A program made the translations under genes and the position numbers. A stretch of DNA of 64,000 nt from assembly GCA_965213675.1 (NCBI GenBank), contig OZ243916.1:1984001-2048000 (forward strand). The letters run 5' to 3'. Below the pieces are notes generated by a model, which saw only the letters and a list, made by a program, of their open reading frames with translations, ran no database searches and was not told where the DNA came from. Below are positions 30,262 to 40,565 of the stretch, one piece after another. Every line of letters begins with the position of its first letter. Positions within the stretch are counted from its first letter, which is position 1. This DNA comes from an uncultured Candidatus Binatia bacterium (GTDB lineage Bacteria > Desulfobacterota > Binatia > UBA9968 > JAJDTQ01).

Positions 30262-31650
30262 TTACGACGGCACGGCCTTTGCAACCGTGATGATGGCGTT
30301 TCGCAAGATCCCAACGATATCGTCGATCTGCTCATTCGTGACCACCAGCGGCGGACACACCGCCAAGGCGTGAGTGCCGCATACCCTCAGCAGCAGCCCG
30401 TTGGCGAGGCACTCGTCGCAGACCTGCCGGGGCACCTGTTGCTCCGCCGCAAAGGGCTCCCTGGTCGCCTTGTCCTTGACCAGCTCCACCGCGGCGATGA
30501 GGCCCTTGCCACGCACCTGGCCCACCATGGGCAGTTCCGCCAGCGCCGCCAGTCGTTCCTGCATGTACGCGCCCACCTCCGCCGCCCGCTCCACCAGCCG
30601 CTCCCGCTCGATAATGTCCAGATTGGCCAGCGCCGCCGCGCATGCCACCGGATGTCCGGTGTAGGTAAAGCCGTGGTAGAACGCGTCGTCGGCCGTACCC
30701 AGCAATGTCTGGAAGATCTCTTCCCGGAACAGCATGGCGCCCAGCGGCAGGTAGCCGCTGGTGAGGCCTTTGGCCGTCACCAGCACGTCCGGGGTGACGC
30801 CCTCGCCCGCGCACGCAAACAGGCTCCCGGTGCGCCCGAATCCGGTGATCACCTCGTCGCAGACCATCAGGATGCCATGCCGGTGGCAAATCTCCCGGAT
30901 GCGCGCCAGCCAGCCTTGGGGCGGCACGATGACCCCGCCCACCCCCTGCACCGGCTCGGCGACGAAGGCGGCGATGCTGTCCGGGCCGTACCGCTCCACA
31001 AGCCGTTCCAGCTCGCCGGCGCAGGCGAGCTCGCAGTCCGGCCAGGTCTTGCCCAGCTCGCACCGGTAGCAGTGGGGCCGTGCCATGTGATGCACATCCG
31101 GCAGGCCCGGTTCCATCTGCCGGTTGAAGAGCGGGATGCCGGTCAACATGGCGGCGCCGCTCGACGAGCCATGATAGCCCTGGTTGAGGGTGACGAAACG
31201 CGTCCGCCCCGGTTGGCCCTGGGCCTTCCAGTAGGCCCGCACCAGCCGGATCATGCTCTCGTTGGTCTCCGAGCCGCCCGAGGTGAACATCACGCGGGTG
31301 AGCCCTTCCGGCGCCATCTCCGCAAGCCTCGAAGCCAACCGGATGGTGGGTTCCGAGGTAGGGCCGATGAGCGTGGGCGCGTAGGCGAGACGGTCCATCT
31401 GGTGCGCCACCGCGCGGGTGATCTCTTTGCGGCCATGGCCCACGTGGACGTTCCACAGGGTGGAGAGACCGTCGATGTAGCGCTTGCCGAGGGCGTCCAG
31501 GAAATAGACGCCTTCCGCGCGCACGAACACCGGCACGCCCTCCGCCTGGTGCCGCGAGAGCGGCACGAAGCCGTGGACGAGATGGTCCCGATCGGCCCGG
31601 CTCATGGCCGCGGCGCGTTCGAGATCGACGGGGTCCTGGAAGTCCATCAT
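30262..31650 (-). CDS. class III (omega) aminotransferase
   Basis: SGGSETNE, GYHG, DEVITGFGRTG, AKGLTSGYLPLG, HGFTYTGHP. Confidence 0.92.
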   Translation of the reverse strand: MMDFQDPVDLERAAAMSRADRDHLVHGFVPLSRHQAEGVPVFVRAEGVYFLDALGKRYIDGLSTLWNVHVGHGRKEITRAVAHQMDRLAYAPTLIGPTSEPTIRLASRLAEMAPEGLTRVMFTSGGSETNESMIRLVRAYWKAQGQPGRTRFVTLNQGYHGSSSGAAMLTGIPLFNRQMEPGLPDVHHMARPHCYRCELGKTWPDCELACAGELERLVERYGPDSIAAFVAEPVQGVGGVIVPPQGWLARIREICHRHGILMVCDEVITGFGRTGSLFACAGEGVTPDVLVTAKGLTSGYLPLGAMLFREEIFQTLLGTADDAFYHGFTYTGHPVACAAALANLDIIERERLVERAAEVGAYMQERLAALAELPMVGQVRGKGLIAAVELVKDKATREPFAAEQQVPRQVCDECLANGLLLRVCGTHALAVCPPLVVTNEQIDDIVGILRNAIITVAKAVPS

Positions 31651-31742
31651 CCGCTCCGAAGTGTCACGTTCAATGAATCCAGCGGGCTGGAAGGACACCG
31701 CTCTCCCGATCCGTCATTCCCGCTTCCCCCACGGCCGTGGCC

Positions 31743-32789
31743 TCAAAGCCCATAGTAGCGCTTGGGGTTGTCGCACAGGATCTTCTTGCGCAACTCCGGC
31801 TTCACGTCCTCGCGGGCGAAGAAGTCCGGCAGATCGTGGAAGAACTCCGAACGGGCGCGCTCGTGGGGATAGTCCGAGGCCCACAGCACCTGATCGCCGC
31901 CGAGCCTCTCCAGCACGTAGGGAAGCGCCTTTTCGTCGATTTCGCAGGTAAAGAAGATGTTGCCTCCGCGAATGATGTCGCTGGGGCGCTGCTTCACCGT
32001 CAGGGCGCGGCCGCGCCGCTCCCAGTTCTCGTCCAGCGCGTCCATCATGAACGGCACCCAGCCGGTGCCGCACTCCAGATAGGCCACCCGCAGGTTGGGG
32101 AAGCGGTCGTACACGCCGGCGTTGATCATGCTCATGATCTGCACCATCTGCGGCATGGCGTGCTCCAGCGGGCGCGCCTCGGCCAGGCTCTCGAACATGT
32201 CCAGGCCCAGGCCGGTGACCGGGCCGCCGTGCACCGCGAGGGGGCAGTTCAGCCGCTCGGCCTCGGCGTAGAGGGGGTCGAACTGACTGCCCCCCAGACC
32301 CACCAGCGGCGCCATCACCGACGGGATCACGCCCGCCACCATACCCAAGTCCTCCACGCACCGGCGCAGCTCCGCCACCGCCGCGTCGATGTCCTGCACC
32401 GGCAGCAGCGCCACCCCCTTGAGCCGGTCCGACTGGCGGCAGAAGCTGTCGTACAGCCAGTCATTGTAGGCCTGGGCCACGGCCACCGCCCAGCCTTTGT
32501 TGCGGATCTGGCCGTGGAACAGCGCGTTGCTGGGATAGAGGATGGTCTGGTCGATCTGCGACTCGTCGAGGAAGCTCAACCAGTTGGCGGCGTCAGGCAC
32601 CTCGGCCTTGTGGCGCGACGACATGCCGCGCATCCAGCCGTCGGTGAGCGGGAAAAAGTAGTACTCGCGGGTCCAGTCCTTCTCGTTCCAGGGCGCCGGC
32701 AGGTAGCGGCGCAGGTCCTTGTCCTGGTCCACCACGTGGCCATCGGCGTCGATGATGTCGTGCTTCTGCTCCATCGGCAACTGTTCCAT
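31743..32789 (-). CDS. amidohydrolase family protein
   Basis: IDADGH, AYNDWL, LAVHG, YLECGTGW, WASDYPH; RBS at 32796-32800. Confidence 0.88.
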   Translation of the reverse strand: MEQLPMEQKHDIIDADGHVVDQDKDLRRYLPAPWNEKDWTREYYFFPLTDGWMRGMSSRHKAEVPDAANWLSFLDESQIDQTILYPSNALFHGQIRNKGWAVAVAQAYNDWLYDSFCRQSDRLKGVALLPVQDIDAAVAELRRCVEDLGMVAGVIPSVMAPLVGLGGSQFDPLYAEAERLNCPLAVHGGPVTGLGLDMFESLAEARPLEHAMPQMVQIMSMINAGVYDRFPNLRVAYLECGTGWVPFMMDALDENWERRGRALTVKQRPSDIIRGGNIFFTCEIDEKALPYVLERLGGDQVLWASDYPHERARSEFFHDLPDFFAREDVKPELRKKILCDNPKRYYGL

Positions 32790-32923
32790 GGGAAACCTCC
32801 GTGAATGAGAACCGTCCTGGGAGCTTGCACCGCCGCCCGTCCAGGGGCGCTTGTGGACTTCCCGGATCCCGCTCCAAAAGCCCCGAACGGGTTCCGTTAT
32901 GGGATCTGTTGGCGCCGCGCGCG

Positions 32924-34393
32924 TCAGCGGATCATCAGCCGGCCGGACTGGCCGGAATAGTTGATGAAGACGGTCTTCAACTCGGTAAAGAAGTTGACGC
33001 CCTCCTCGGACATCTCGCGCTCGCCCACGCCCGTGGACTTGATGCCGCCGAAGGGGAGCTGGGCCTCGCCCCCGACGGTGGGCTCGTTGACGTGCACCAT
33101 GCCGGTCTCCACCTCCTCCACGAAACGCATCACCTGGTCCACGTCCTGGGTGAAGATGGAGGTGGTGAGGCCGAAGTCCACGGAGTTGGCGAAGCGGATG
33201 GCTTCGTCCAGGTCCGCCGCCGCTGCCACCGAGAGCACCGGGCCGAATATCTCTTCGCGGAAGATGCGCATGTCCGGGGTGACGTCGTCGAACACCGTGG
33301 GTTCGACATAGTAGCCATGGTCCAGCCCCGCGGGCCTGTTGCCGCCGGTCACCAGCCGGGCGCCCTCCTGCTTGCCGATCTCGATGTACTCCAGATCGGT
33401 CTTCCACTGGCCTTCATCCACCGCGGGCCCCATGTCCACATCCGCGTCCAGGCCCGGGCCCACGCGGAGCTTCTTCGCGTGCTCCTCCAGCCGGGCCACC
33501 AACTCGGCCCGGGTGCCGCCAATGGCGATGACCCGGGAAGTGGCGGTGCAGCGCTGGCCGGTGGAGCCGAATGCGCCGTCGCGAATGGCCACGGCCGCCT
33601 TGTCGAGATCGCAGTCGGGCATGACAATGACGGCGTTCTTGCCGCCCATCTCGCAGGTGACCTTGGCGCCGCGGGAGGCGGCCTTGACATAGAGGTCGCT
33701 GCCGATCTCGTTGGAACCGGTGAACGACACCACCGGGATGCGTCCGGAATTGACGATGGTCTCGCCCACGTCGCCCCCGGAGCCCACCACCACGTTGAAG
33801 ACGCCCTTGGGAAGACCAGCCTCCTCGTACACCTCCGCGAGCAGGCCGGCGGTGGCCGGGGTCAGGGACGCCGGCTTGAGCAGCACCGCGTTGCCCGCCA
33901 CCAGCGCGGGGGCGGACTTCCACACCGGAATCGCCCAGGGAAAGTTCCACGGCGCGATGAGCCCCACCACGCCCATGGGCTGGCGGATGGTGTAGGTGAA
34001 GGTGTCGCGCGCCTCGGACGGCAGGGTCTTGCCGCCCAGCCGGTAGCCCGCCCCGGCGTTGTATTCCAGCAGCGAGATCCCCTTGAGCACCTCACCCCGG
34101 GCCTCCTTGAAGATCTTGCCTTCCTCGCGCGTCATCATTTCCGCGATTTCGTCCACGCGCCGGCGCGCGATGTCCGCGGCGCGCCAGATCACCCGGCCGC
34201 GCTCCGGCCCCGGCGTCTTGCGCCAGCCCTGGAACGCCTCCGCGGCCGCGTCGATGGCCCGCTCCGTGTCCGCGGCCGTGGCCATGGGGAACTCGGCGAT
34301 GACGTCGCGGGTGTCCGCCGGATTGACGTTGCGGATGCGCCGCTCGGAGTTGGGCTGGTACCATTCCCCGTTGATGTAAGAACCGGTTTGCAT
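32924..34393 (-). CDS. aldehyde dehydrogenase (KGSADH-like)
   Basis: PWNFP, FTGS, EMGGKN, GQRCTA, EEIFGP, PFGGIK. Confidence 0.94.
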   Translation of the reverse strand: MQTGSYINGEWYQPNSERRIRNVNPADTRDVIAEFPMATAADTERAIDAAAEAFQGWRKTPGPERGRVIWRAADIARRRVDEIAEMMTREEGKIFKEARGEVLKGISLLEYNAGAGYRLGGKTLPSEARDTFTYTIRQPMGVVGLIAPWNFPWAIPVWKSAPALVAGNAVLLKPASLTPATAGLLAEVYEEAGLPKGVFNVVVGSGGDVGETIVNSGRIPVVSFTGSNEIGSDLYVKAASRGAKVTCEMGGKNAVIVMPDCDLDKAAVAIRDGAFGSTGQRCTATSRVIAIGGTRAELVARLEEHAKKLRVGPGLDADVDMGPAVDEGQWKTDLEYIEIGKQEGARLVTGGNRPAGLDHGYYVEPTVFDDVTPDMRIFREEIFGPVLSVAAAADLDEAIRFANSVDFGLTTSIFTQDVDQVMRFVEEVETGMVHVNEPTVGGEAQLPFGGIKSTGVGEREMSEEGVNFFTELKTVFINYSGQSGRLMIR

Positions 34394-34677
34394 GCGCGTC
34401 TCCTTGGAGCGGTGTGGTGCGCCACTGACGGATTCGGGCGCGGGCGGGTTTGCGCCACCGTCGCCAGAAGCTTGCGCCGCAGGAACTCACGCAAACTTCT
34501 AGACCGCGTCGTCGGTGCTGCCGGCGGCGAGACCTGCACAGCGGTTCCGCGACGCGGGCTTCCCGCGTTGGGCGTGTGTCGGATTAAAAAAGACAACAGG
34601 TTCCGTGTCAAGCTGTGACGCAGGCTCCCGGTTGCTGCGTCCCATCGCGGCCCAAATATGCTATTGCTGGCCGAACG

Positions 34678-35193
34678 ATGACGAAGCCCATGAAACAAGT
34701 CACCATCTACACCGACGGCGCCTGCATCGGGAACCCCGGTCCGGGAGGCTATGGCACCGTGCTCCTGTGCGACACGACTACGCCTGAGCGCAAGGAGCTC
34801 AGCGGCGGATACCGCTGGACCACCAACAACCGCATGGAGATCATGGCCGTGCTGGCCGGGCTCCGGTCCCTCAAGGAACCGTGCCGGGTGACCCTCTACA
34901 GCGACTCCCGCTACGTAGTGGACGCCATGTCCAAGGGATGGGCCGCTGGCTGGCGCGCGAAGGGTTGGCGGAAGGCCGACAAGACCCCAGCCCTGAATCC
35001 CGACCTCTGGTCCGAGATGCTGGAGATTTCCGAACGGCACCAGATCGAGTACCGCTGGGTCAAGGGCCACGCCGGCAATCCGGAGAACGAGCGCTGCGAC
35101 GAACTCGCCGTGACCGCCGCGCGCGGAGCGGACCTGGCCCGCGACGAGATCTACGAGCGCGGCAACGGTCGAGGCCGGGGCCCGCAGCGGTAA
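34678..35193 (+). CDS. rnhA: ribonuclease HI
   Basis: [28 protein letters not shown]...NERCD. Confidence 0.95.
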   Translation: MTKPMKQVTIYTDGACIGNPGPGGYGTVLLCDTTTPERKELSGGYRWTTNNRMEIMAVLAGLRSLKEPCRVTLYSDSRYVVDAMSKGWAAGWRAKGWRKADKTPALNPDLWSEMLEISERHQIEYRWVKGHAGNPENERCDELAVTAARGADLARDEIYERGNGRGRGPQR

Positions 35194-35267
35194 CACGGGC
35201 GCCGCAACGGCTCTCTCCATCAACGCTCTCCCTATGAATAATCCCGCCTGATGTTAAATTGGAGTCC

Positions 35268-36320
35268 ATGAAAGTCGGACTCACCGGATTCTCAAGAGCG
35301 GGCAAGACGACCCTCTACAACGCCCTTACGGGACTCAGCACCGAGGTGGGCGGTTTCGAGACGCGCCACGAGGCGGCCATGACCGTGGTCAAGGTCCCGG
35401 ACCCGCGCGTGGACGCGCTGAGCGACATCGTCCATCCCAAGGACAAGAAGTACGCCGAGGTCACGTTCCTGGACTTCCCGCCGTCCCAGGAACGGAAGGC
35501 CGCCCTCGAAACCCAGTCCCTGGCGCAACTGCGCGAGGTGGACGCCCTGGCGCAGGTGGTGCGCGCCTTTGACGACCCCCTGGCCAGTGAGCCGCCGGCG
35601 CCGGTTCAGGACCTCAACGCCTTTCAGGTGGAGTTGATACTGGCTGACCTGGCCGTCATCGAGAAGCGGCTGGAGCGCATTCGCAAGGAAACCGGCAAGG
35701 ACCACCAGCGCGAACTGGAACTCCTGACCCGCTGCCAGGCCACCCTGGAGGGCGAACGCCCCCTACGCGGCCTGGAGTTCCTTCCCGAGGAACGGACCCT
35801 GATGTCCGGCTTCGCCTTCCTGAGCGCCAAGCCGCTGCTCGTGGTCTGCAACACCGGCGAAGAGGCGCTGGGGCAGGCCCTGCCCGCCGGCGTCGCGGAC
35901 TACGCCGAGGCTGAAAACCTCATCGTGGTGCCGGTGTGCGGCAAGCTGGAAATGGAGATCGCCCAGCTCGACCCGGACGAACGCGCCGAGTTCCTGTCGG
36001 AACTGGGACTATCCGAAACCGCCCGGGACCGCTTCATTCGCCACGCCTACGACCATCTCCACCTCATGAGCTTCTTTACCGCTGGTCCCATGGAGGTGCG
36101 CGCCTGGACCATCGCCCGCGACACTGCCGCGGTCCGCGCCGCCGGCAAGATCCACTCCGACATCGAGCGCGGCTTCATTCGCGCCGAGGTGATCGCCTAC
36201 GACGACTTCATGGAGCACCGCGGCGAATCCGGCTGCCGCGCCGCCGGCAAGCTGCGGCTGGAAGGCAAGGAGTACCGCGTGCAGGACGGCGACGTCATGC
36301 ACATCCGGTTCAACGTGTGA
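35268..36320 (+). CDS. ychF: YchF/OLA1 family ATPase (divergent)
   Basis: GKT P-loop, ELILADL, AAGKIHSDIERGFIRAEV, EGKEYRVQDGD. Confidence 0.85.
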   Translation: MKVGLTGFSRAGKTTLYNALTGLSTEVGGFETRHEAAMTVVKVPDPRVDALSDIVHPKDKKYAEVTFLDFPPSQERKAALETQSLAQLREVDALAQVVRAFDDPLASEPPAPVQDLNAFQVELILADLAVIEKRLERIRKETGKDHQRELELLTRCQATLEGERPLRGLEFLPEERTLMSGFAFLSAKPLLVVCNTGEEALGQALPAGVADYAEAENLIVVPVCGKLEMEIAQLDPDERAEFLSELGLSETARDRFIRHAYDHLHLMSFFTAGPMEVRAWTIARDTAAVRAAGKIHSDIERGFIRAEVIAYDDFMEHRGESGCRAAGKLRLEGKEYRVQDGDVMHIRFNV

Positions 36321-36350
36321 GACGAGAGACGCCGGTATGACGGAGCGGCC

Positions 36351-36509
36351 ATGGCCTATCTAGTGTGGTTCACCGCTCAGGACGGCATCAACCTCTACTA
36401 TCGCGACTACGGCGCCGACCACCCGCAGCCGGACTGGGCGAGCGCGGCGGAGGCCATCAAGACGCGGTGGCCCGCTACCGCACTTCAAACTGGGGCGATC
36501 GGTGCTTGA
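36351..36509 (+). pseudogene. internally deleted alpha/beta hydrolase remnant
   Basis: 52-aa ORF containing FTAQDGINLYYRDYG, a typical hydrolase N-terminus. Confidence 0.45.
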
Positions 36510-36545
36510 CCTTGTCAAATTCAACAACTAGTCTACTACTAGTTG
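36506..36545 (+). promoter_or_regulatory. vapBC promoter/operator
   Basis: TTGACC -35-like box within TTGAC-N3-GTCAA; perfect inverted repeat CAACTAGT-N5-ACTAGTTG. Confidence 0.6.
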
Positions 36546-36557
36546 GAGATATAAGCC

Positions 36558-36800
36558 ATGGCTGAAATCGGTGCTTTCGAAGCGAAGACTCACCTGCCGC
36601 GGTTGCTGCGGCGCGTCCAGGAAGGCGAGCGCTTCATCATCACCAAGCACAACCGGCCCGTCGCCGAGTTGATCCCTTTTCAACCGCGGGATGCCGACAG
36701 AGTGCGTGCGGCGATCGCGGGACTGAAGGCGTTTCAACAAGCGCACAGTCTGGGCGGACTGTCGGTCCGCGAGATGATCGACGAAGGACGCAAGTACTGA
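36558..36800 (+). CDS. vapB: Phd/YefM antitoxin
   Basis: IGAFEAKTHLPRLL...ITKHNRPVAEL. Confidence 0.9.
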   Translation: MAEIGAFEAKTHLPRLLRRVQEGERFIITKHNRPVAELIPFQPRDADRVRAAIAGLKAFQQAHSLGGLSVREMIDEGRKY

Positions 36801-37216
36801 TGGCATTCGTTCTCGATTGCTCCGTCACCATGGCCTGGGTATTCCCGGACGAAGCAACGGAAGCCACCGACCGGCTGCGCGACTCGCTTGTGGATGGCAA
36901 GGCCTCGGTTCCCTCTCTCTGGCCGGTGGAGGTGGGAAACGTGCTACTGGTTGCCACTCGTCGCGGCCGTGTTCGTGTCGACGAGTGGCCGGAGATCCGG
37001 GCTTTTCTCGAAGCATTGCCAATTGAAATCGACCCGGTCGCCACGTCCCGGGTGTGGGGCGTGTCACTGGAACTGGCCGAGACACACCAACTCTCTGTCT
37101 ACGATGCCATGTACCTGGAACTGGCCGTACGGTTGCGACTTCCCCTGGCCACCCTGGATCGTGCGCTCCTGGTCGCCGCACGGGCCGTAGGCATCGAGGC
37201 ACTCTCGCCCTTGTGA
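36800..37216 (+). CDS. vapC: PIN-domain toxin
   Basis: VLDCS, EVGN, VYDAMYLELA, LATLD; coupled to the antitoxin. Confidence 0.9.
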   Translation: MAFVLDCSVTMAWVFPDEATEATDRLRDSLVDGKASVPSLWPVEVGNVLLVATRRGRVRVDEWPEIRAFLEALPIEIDPVATSRVWGVSLELAETHQLSVYDAMYLELAVRLRLPLATLDRALLVAARAVGIEALSPL

Positions 37217-37232
37217 ACGAGGAGGTATTCGA

Positions 37233-37598
37233 ATGAAGAAGTTTTCCATCCTCCAACACCCCGCCTCGGGCCATGAGGTCGTCAAGGACGGCTGGAGCTG
37301 GCCGGCGTTCTTTTTCACCTGGCTCTGGGCGTTCGTAAAGAAACTATGGCTGATCGGCGTGACCGTCTTCCTGTTCGGGATTCTTGCGAGTTCGATCCCC
37401 GAGGCTTGGCTGCTCGGCGAGTTGATCATTTCCCTTGTCATGGGCGCCAAAGGCAACGAATTACGGCGCAAGCGGCTGCGAGAGTCAGGGTACGAACAAG
37501 TGGCGACCGTGGAGGCGAGGACGCCCGACGGTGCGCTGGCGGTGCATCTCGCTTCGAACGGCAATGAGAACCCGCCGCCGGAAGGCATTGTGAGGTAG
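37233..37598 (+). CDS. DUF2628-like membrane protein
   Basis: VKDGWSWPAFFFTWLW...GAKGNE. Confidence 0.75.
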   Translation: MKKFSILQHPASGHEVVKDGWSWPAFFFTWLWAFVKKLWLIGVTVFLFGILASSIPEAWLLGELIISLVMGAKGNELRRKRLRESGYEQVATVEARTPDGALAVHLASNGNENPPPEGIVR

Positions 37599-37603
37599 GC
37601 CCC

Positions 37604-38908
37604 TCACCGGATCATCGTATTCGGCAGGAACAGCGCGATCTCCGGAAACGCCACCAGGATGGCGAGGCAGGCGGCCATGGCGAGCCAGAACGGGAAAATG
37701 CCGGCGAATATCCGGCTCATGGGAACGTCCTCGGCGATGCCCTTGACCACGAAGACGTTGACGCCCACCGGCGGGCTGATGAGACCCATCTCCAGCACGA
37801 TGACCATGATCACGCCGAACCAGATGGGGTCGTAACCCAGGGTAAGGATGATGGGATGTACGATGGGGAGGGTCAGCACCAGCATGGCGAAGCCCTCCAG
37901 GAACATTCCGAGAACGATGTAGGATGCCAGCAGGATGCCCAGCACGGCCAACCGGGGAAGCTCCATGCCCACCAGGAGTTCCGCGAGATCCGAGGGGATG
38001 TGGGTCAGCGCCAGAAAGGGGTTGAAGATGTGCGCGCCCACCAGGATCAGGAAAACCAGGGCGGTGGTGCGTACGCCCTCCAAGGCCAGGGCAACCAACG
38101 AACGCACCGTCAGGCGGCGGCGCGCCAGCGCCAGCAACGCCGCCAGGAAGGCGCCCACGCCAGCGGCCTCGGTGGGGGTGAACAGGCCGGCGTAGATGCC
38201 GCCGATGGTGACCGCTATCACGCCGATCATGGCGCTGGCCTGGCGCAAGGCGCGGACGCGGTCCATGAAGGTGGAGGCCGGGCCCGGCGGCCCCAGGTCC
38301 GGGTTGATGCGCGTCTGGATAAAGATCGACAGGATGAACAGGGCGGTCAGCAGCAACCCCGGAAAGACCCCGGCCAGGAACAGACGGCCGATGGACTCTT
38401 CGGTGAGGATGGCGTAGATCACGAAGCCGGTGCTGGGCGGGATGAGGATGCCCAGGGTACCGCCGGCGGCAATGGCGCCCGTGGAAAGGCGCGCGTCGTA
38501 GCGGTAGGAGCGCATCTCGGGCAGCGCCACCTTCCCCATGGTCACGGCCGCCGCCACCGACGAGCCGGAGAGCGCGGCGAACCCCGCGCAGGCTGCGATG
38601 GTGGCGGACGCCAGCCCGCCGCGCCAATGCCCGAACCAGGTGTAGGCCGCGGCGTAGAGATCACGGCTCATGCCCGAGACCGTGACGAAGTTCCCCATGA
38701 GGACGAACAGCGGGATGACGATGAGCTCGTAGTTGGTGGCGATGACGAAGGGCTCGTTGCCCAGGACGGCCAAGGCGGGCCCCCAGCCGTTCAGGACGCC
38801 GAAACCCAGCACCCCCACGAGCATCATGGCGATGCCCACTGGCATCCTGAACACCAGGAGCACGAACAACCCCGCCAAACCCAGAAGACCCGTGGCGGTG
38901 GGACTCAT
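37604..38908 (-). CDS. dctM: TRAP transporter large permease
   Basis: SGSSVA, GGTLGILIPPS, ISPPVGVN. Confidence 0.93.
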   Translation of the reverse strand: MSPTATGLLGLAGLFVLLVFRMPVGIAMMLVGVLGFGVLNGWGPALAVLGNEPFVIATNYELIVIPLFVLMGNFVTVSGMSRDLYAAAYTWFGHWRGGLASATIAACAGFAALSGSSVAAAVTMGKVALPEMRSYRYDARLSTGAIAAGGTLGILIPPSTGFVIYAILTEESIGRLFLAGVFPGLLLTALFILSIFIQTRINPDLGPPGPASTFMDRVRALRQASAMIGVIAVTIGGIYAGLFTPTEAAGVGAFLAALLALARRRLTVRSLVALALEGVRTTALVFLILVGAHIFNPFLALTHIPSDLAELLVGMELPRLAVLGILLASYIVLGMFLEGFAMLVLTLPIVHPIILTLGYDPIWFGVIMVIVLEMGLISPPVGVNVFVVKGIAEDVPMSRIFAGIFPFWLAMAACLAILVAFPEIALFLPNTMIR

Positions 38909-39432
38909 TCAACCTTCTCTTGGGGAGTTTGCGGAACCCGCAGGATGCCGGAGCACGCCTGGAGCAGCAACACCAAGGCAAACAACAGCCAGCCCAGGCT
39001 CATCAGGAACATGAATGGATGGTGCGGGATCTCCACGAGGTTGGTGGCTTCGCCGTACTTGAGGGCGTCCAAGCCCTGATCCATGGACTGCCAGGCGACG
39101 ACGGCGAACAACGCCGCGCTCAGGAGCCGCATGAGGGTGTCGGTGTAGCGCAGCCAACTCTCCGGCGCCACCGTGCTGATCAGGTCCACGGCTACGTGGC
39201 CGCCGGTCCGGCCGCAGTAGGGTATCCCCAGAAACACCACCACGGCCAGACTCAACTCGGAGATGTCCTGCGCGCCCAGGATGGGCGCGTTGAAGACATA
39301 ACGCATCACCACCGCCACCACCGTCAGCAGCATCAGCCACAGCAATGCCGCACCGGCGGCGTAGGCCAGGAACCGGCTGCTCCAATCGGCCACCGCGGTC
39401 CCCGGCAACACCGCGCGCGATTCTTCACTCAT
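38905..39432 (-). CDS. dctQ: TRAP transporter small permease
   Basis: Four TM segments, MRYVFNAPI, GHVAVD. Confidence 0.9.
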   Translation of the reverse strand: MSEESRAVLPGTAVADWSSRFLAYAAGAALLWLMLLTVVAVVMRYVFNAPILGAQDISELSLAVVVFLGIPYCGRTGGHVAVDLISTVAPESWLRYTDTLMRLLSAALFAVVAWQSMDQGLDALKYGEATNLVEIPHHPFMFLMSLGWLLFALVLLLQACSGILRVPQTPQEKVE

Positions 39433-39459
39433 GGGTTATACGAGACCGGGCCGCCCGAC

Positions 39460-40470
39460 CTACTCGCCCATGGCCGCGAGGATCTTCCTGGCGTTGATAC
39501 CCTTGGCCCTGAGATCCTTGAGGGTCTTGGCGCGCACCCCGGTCAGCGCCTGGCGGAAACGCTTGTCTTCCGCGTCCGAGAGCGTGATCACTTCGCCCCG
39601 GCCGCTCTTCTGCTCGCCCATCAGCGCGGCGGCGCCGGCCTTCCGGTAGACGTCGGCGGCCTTGACGCTCAGCGCCTCGCCCGAGGTCTCGTCGACGATC
39701 TTGCGGTGCTCCGCCGAGAGACCTTCGTAGGCCTGTTTGTTCATCACCAGAAAGAACGCGGTGTTGGCGAACGGCCCACGGGTGTAGTACTTGGCCACCT
39801 CGCCGATCTTGAAGCTGCGGATGACGCTCGGCGCCACCATGAGACCGTCCACCACGCCGGTCTTGAGGGCGTTGTACATGCGCGTCACCGGCATGGCCAC
39901 GGGTGTGGCGCCCAGAGCCTTGATGATGTCGCCCTGAAGCTTCGAGGGCGTGCGGATCTTCATGCCCTTGACGTCGTCCAGGGTCCGCACCGCCTTGTTG
40001 CGGGTCATGATGACCGCCTTGTCATTGGCCCATAGAGCCAGGACCTTGGTCCGCGTGTACTCCCGCTGGATGGTATCGCTGGCCTTCCACAGCATCCTGG
40101 TCGCCGCCACCGCATCCGGGGCGAGGCCCGGCAACTCCATCAGCAGTGTCCTCGGGAAAAGCGACGATGTATATCCATGGAGGCCGAAGGTGATGTCCGC
40201 GATGCCGTCCGCGGCGCGCTTGTACTGGGCCTGCGGCCCCTTGCCCAGTTCACCGCCGGGATAGATGCGCACCGTCAGCGCATTGTTGCTGCGCTTGGCC
40301 ACATCCGCGGCCCACGGGCGCATCACCAGCCGGTCCATCGGGTGCTTGGCAGAAGTGAAATGAGCGAGCCTGAGCTCCACCGCATGTACCGATGACGCTG
40401 CCAGGAGCAGGCCGCACACCGCCGACGCGACCGCCAGCCGCTTGAAACAGGCTGCGAGCAATAGAGACAT
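39460..40470 (-). CDS. dctP: TRAP substrate-binding protein
   Basis: Signal peptide, IYPGGELG, DVKGMKIR, YNALKTGVVDG. Confidence 0.9.
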   Translation of the reverse strand: MSLLLAACFKRLAVASAVCGLLLAASSVHAVELRLAHFTSAKHPMDRLVMRPWAADVAKRSNNALTVRIYPGGELGKGPQAQYKRAADGIADITFGLHGYTSSLFPRTLLMELPGLAPDAVAATRMLWKASDTIQREYTRTKVLALWANDKAVIMTRNKAVRTLDDVKGMKIRTPSKLQGDIIKALGATPVAMPVTRMYNALKTGVVDGLMVAPSVIRSFKIGEVAKYYTRGPFANTAFFLVMNKQAYEGLSAEHRKIVDETSGEALSVKAADVYRKAGAAALMGEQKSGRGEVITLSDAEDKRFRQALTGVRAKTLKDLRAKGINARKILAAMGE

Positions 40471-40565
40471 GGTCCATTCTCCTTTCAGAATATGCACGGG
40501 TCACAAGAGGACCGCAGACTAGCGGAACAGGGGAAGGAGTGTCAAACTCCGTCCGCGGAAGTCTC

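Noticed and set aside
31743-33407. 554-aa amidohydrolase and 582-aa livG ORF calls suggesting fusions
   Set aside because: The N-terminal extensions overlap the upstream genes in another frame; likely true starts are 32789 and 53455
36360-36369. CTAGTGTGGT match to the MITE end
   Set aside because: Only 10 bp and in frame within a hydrolase remnant; may be chance
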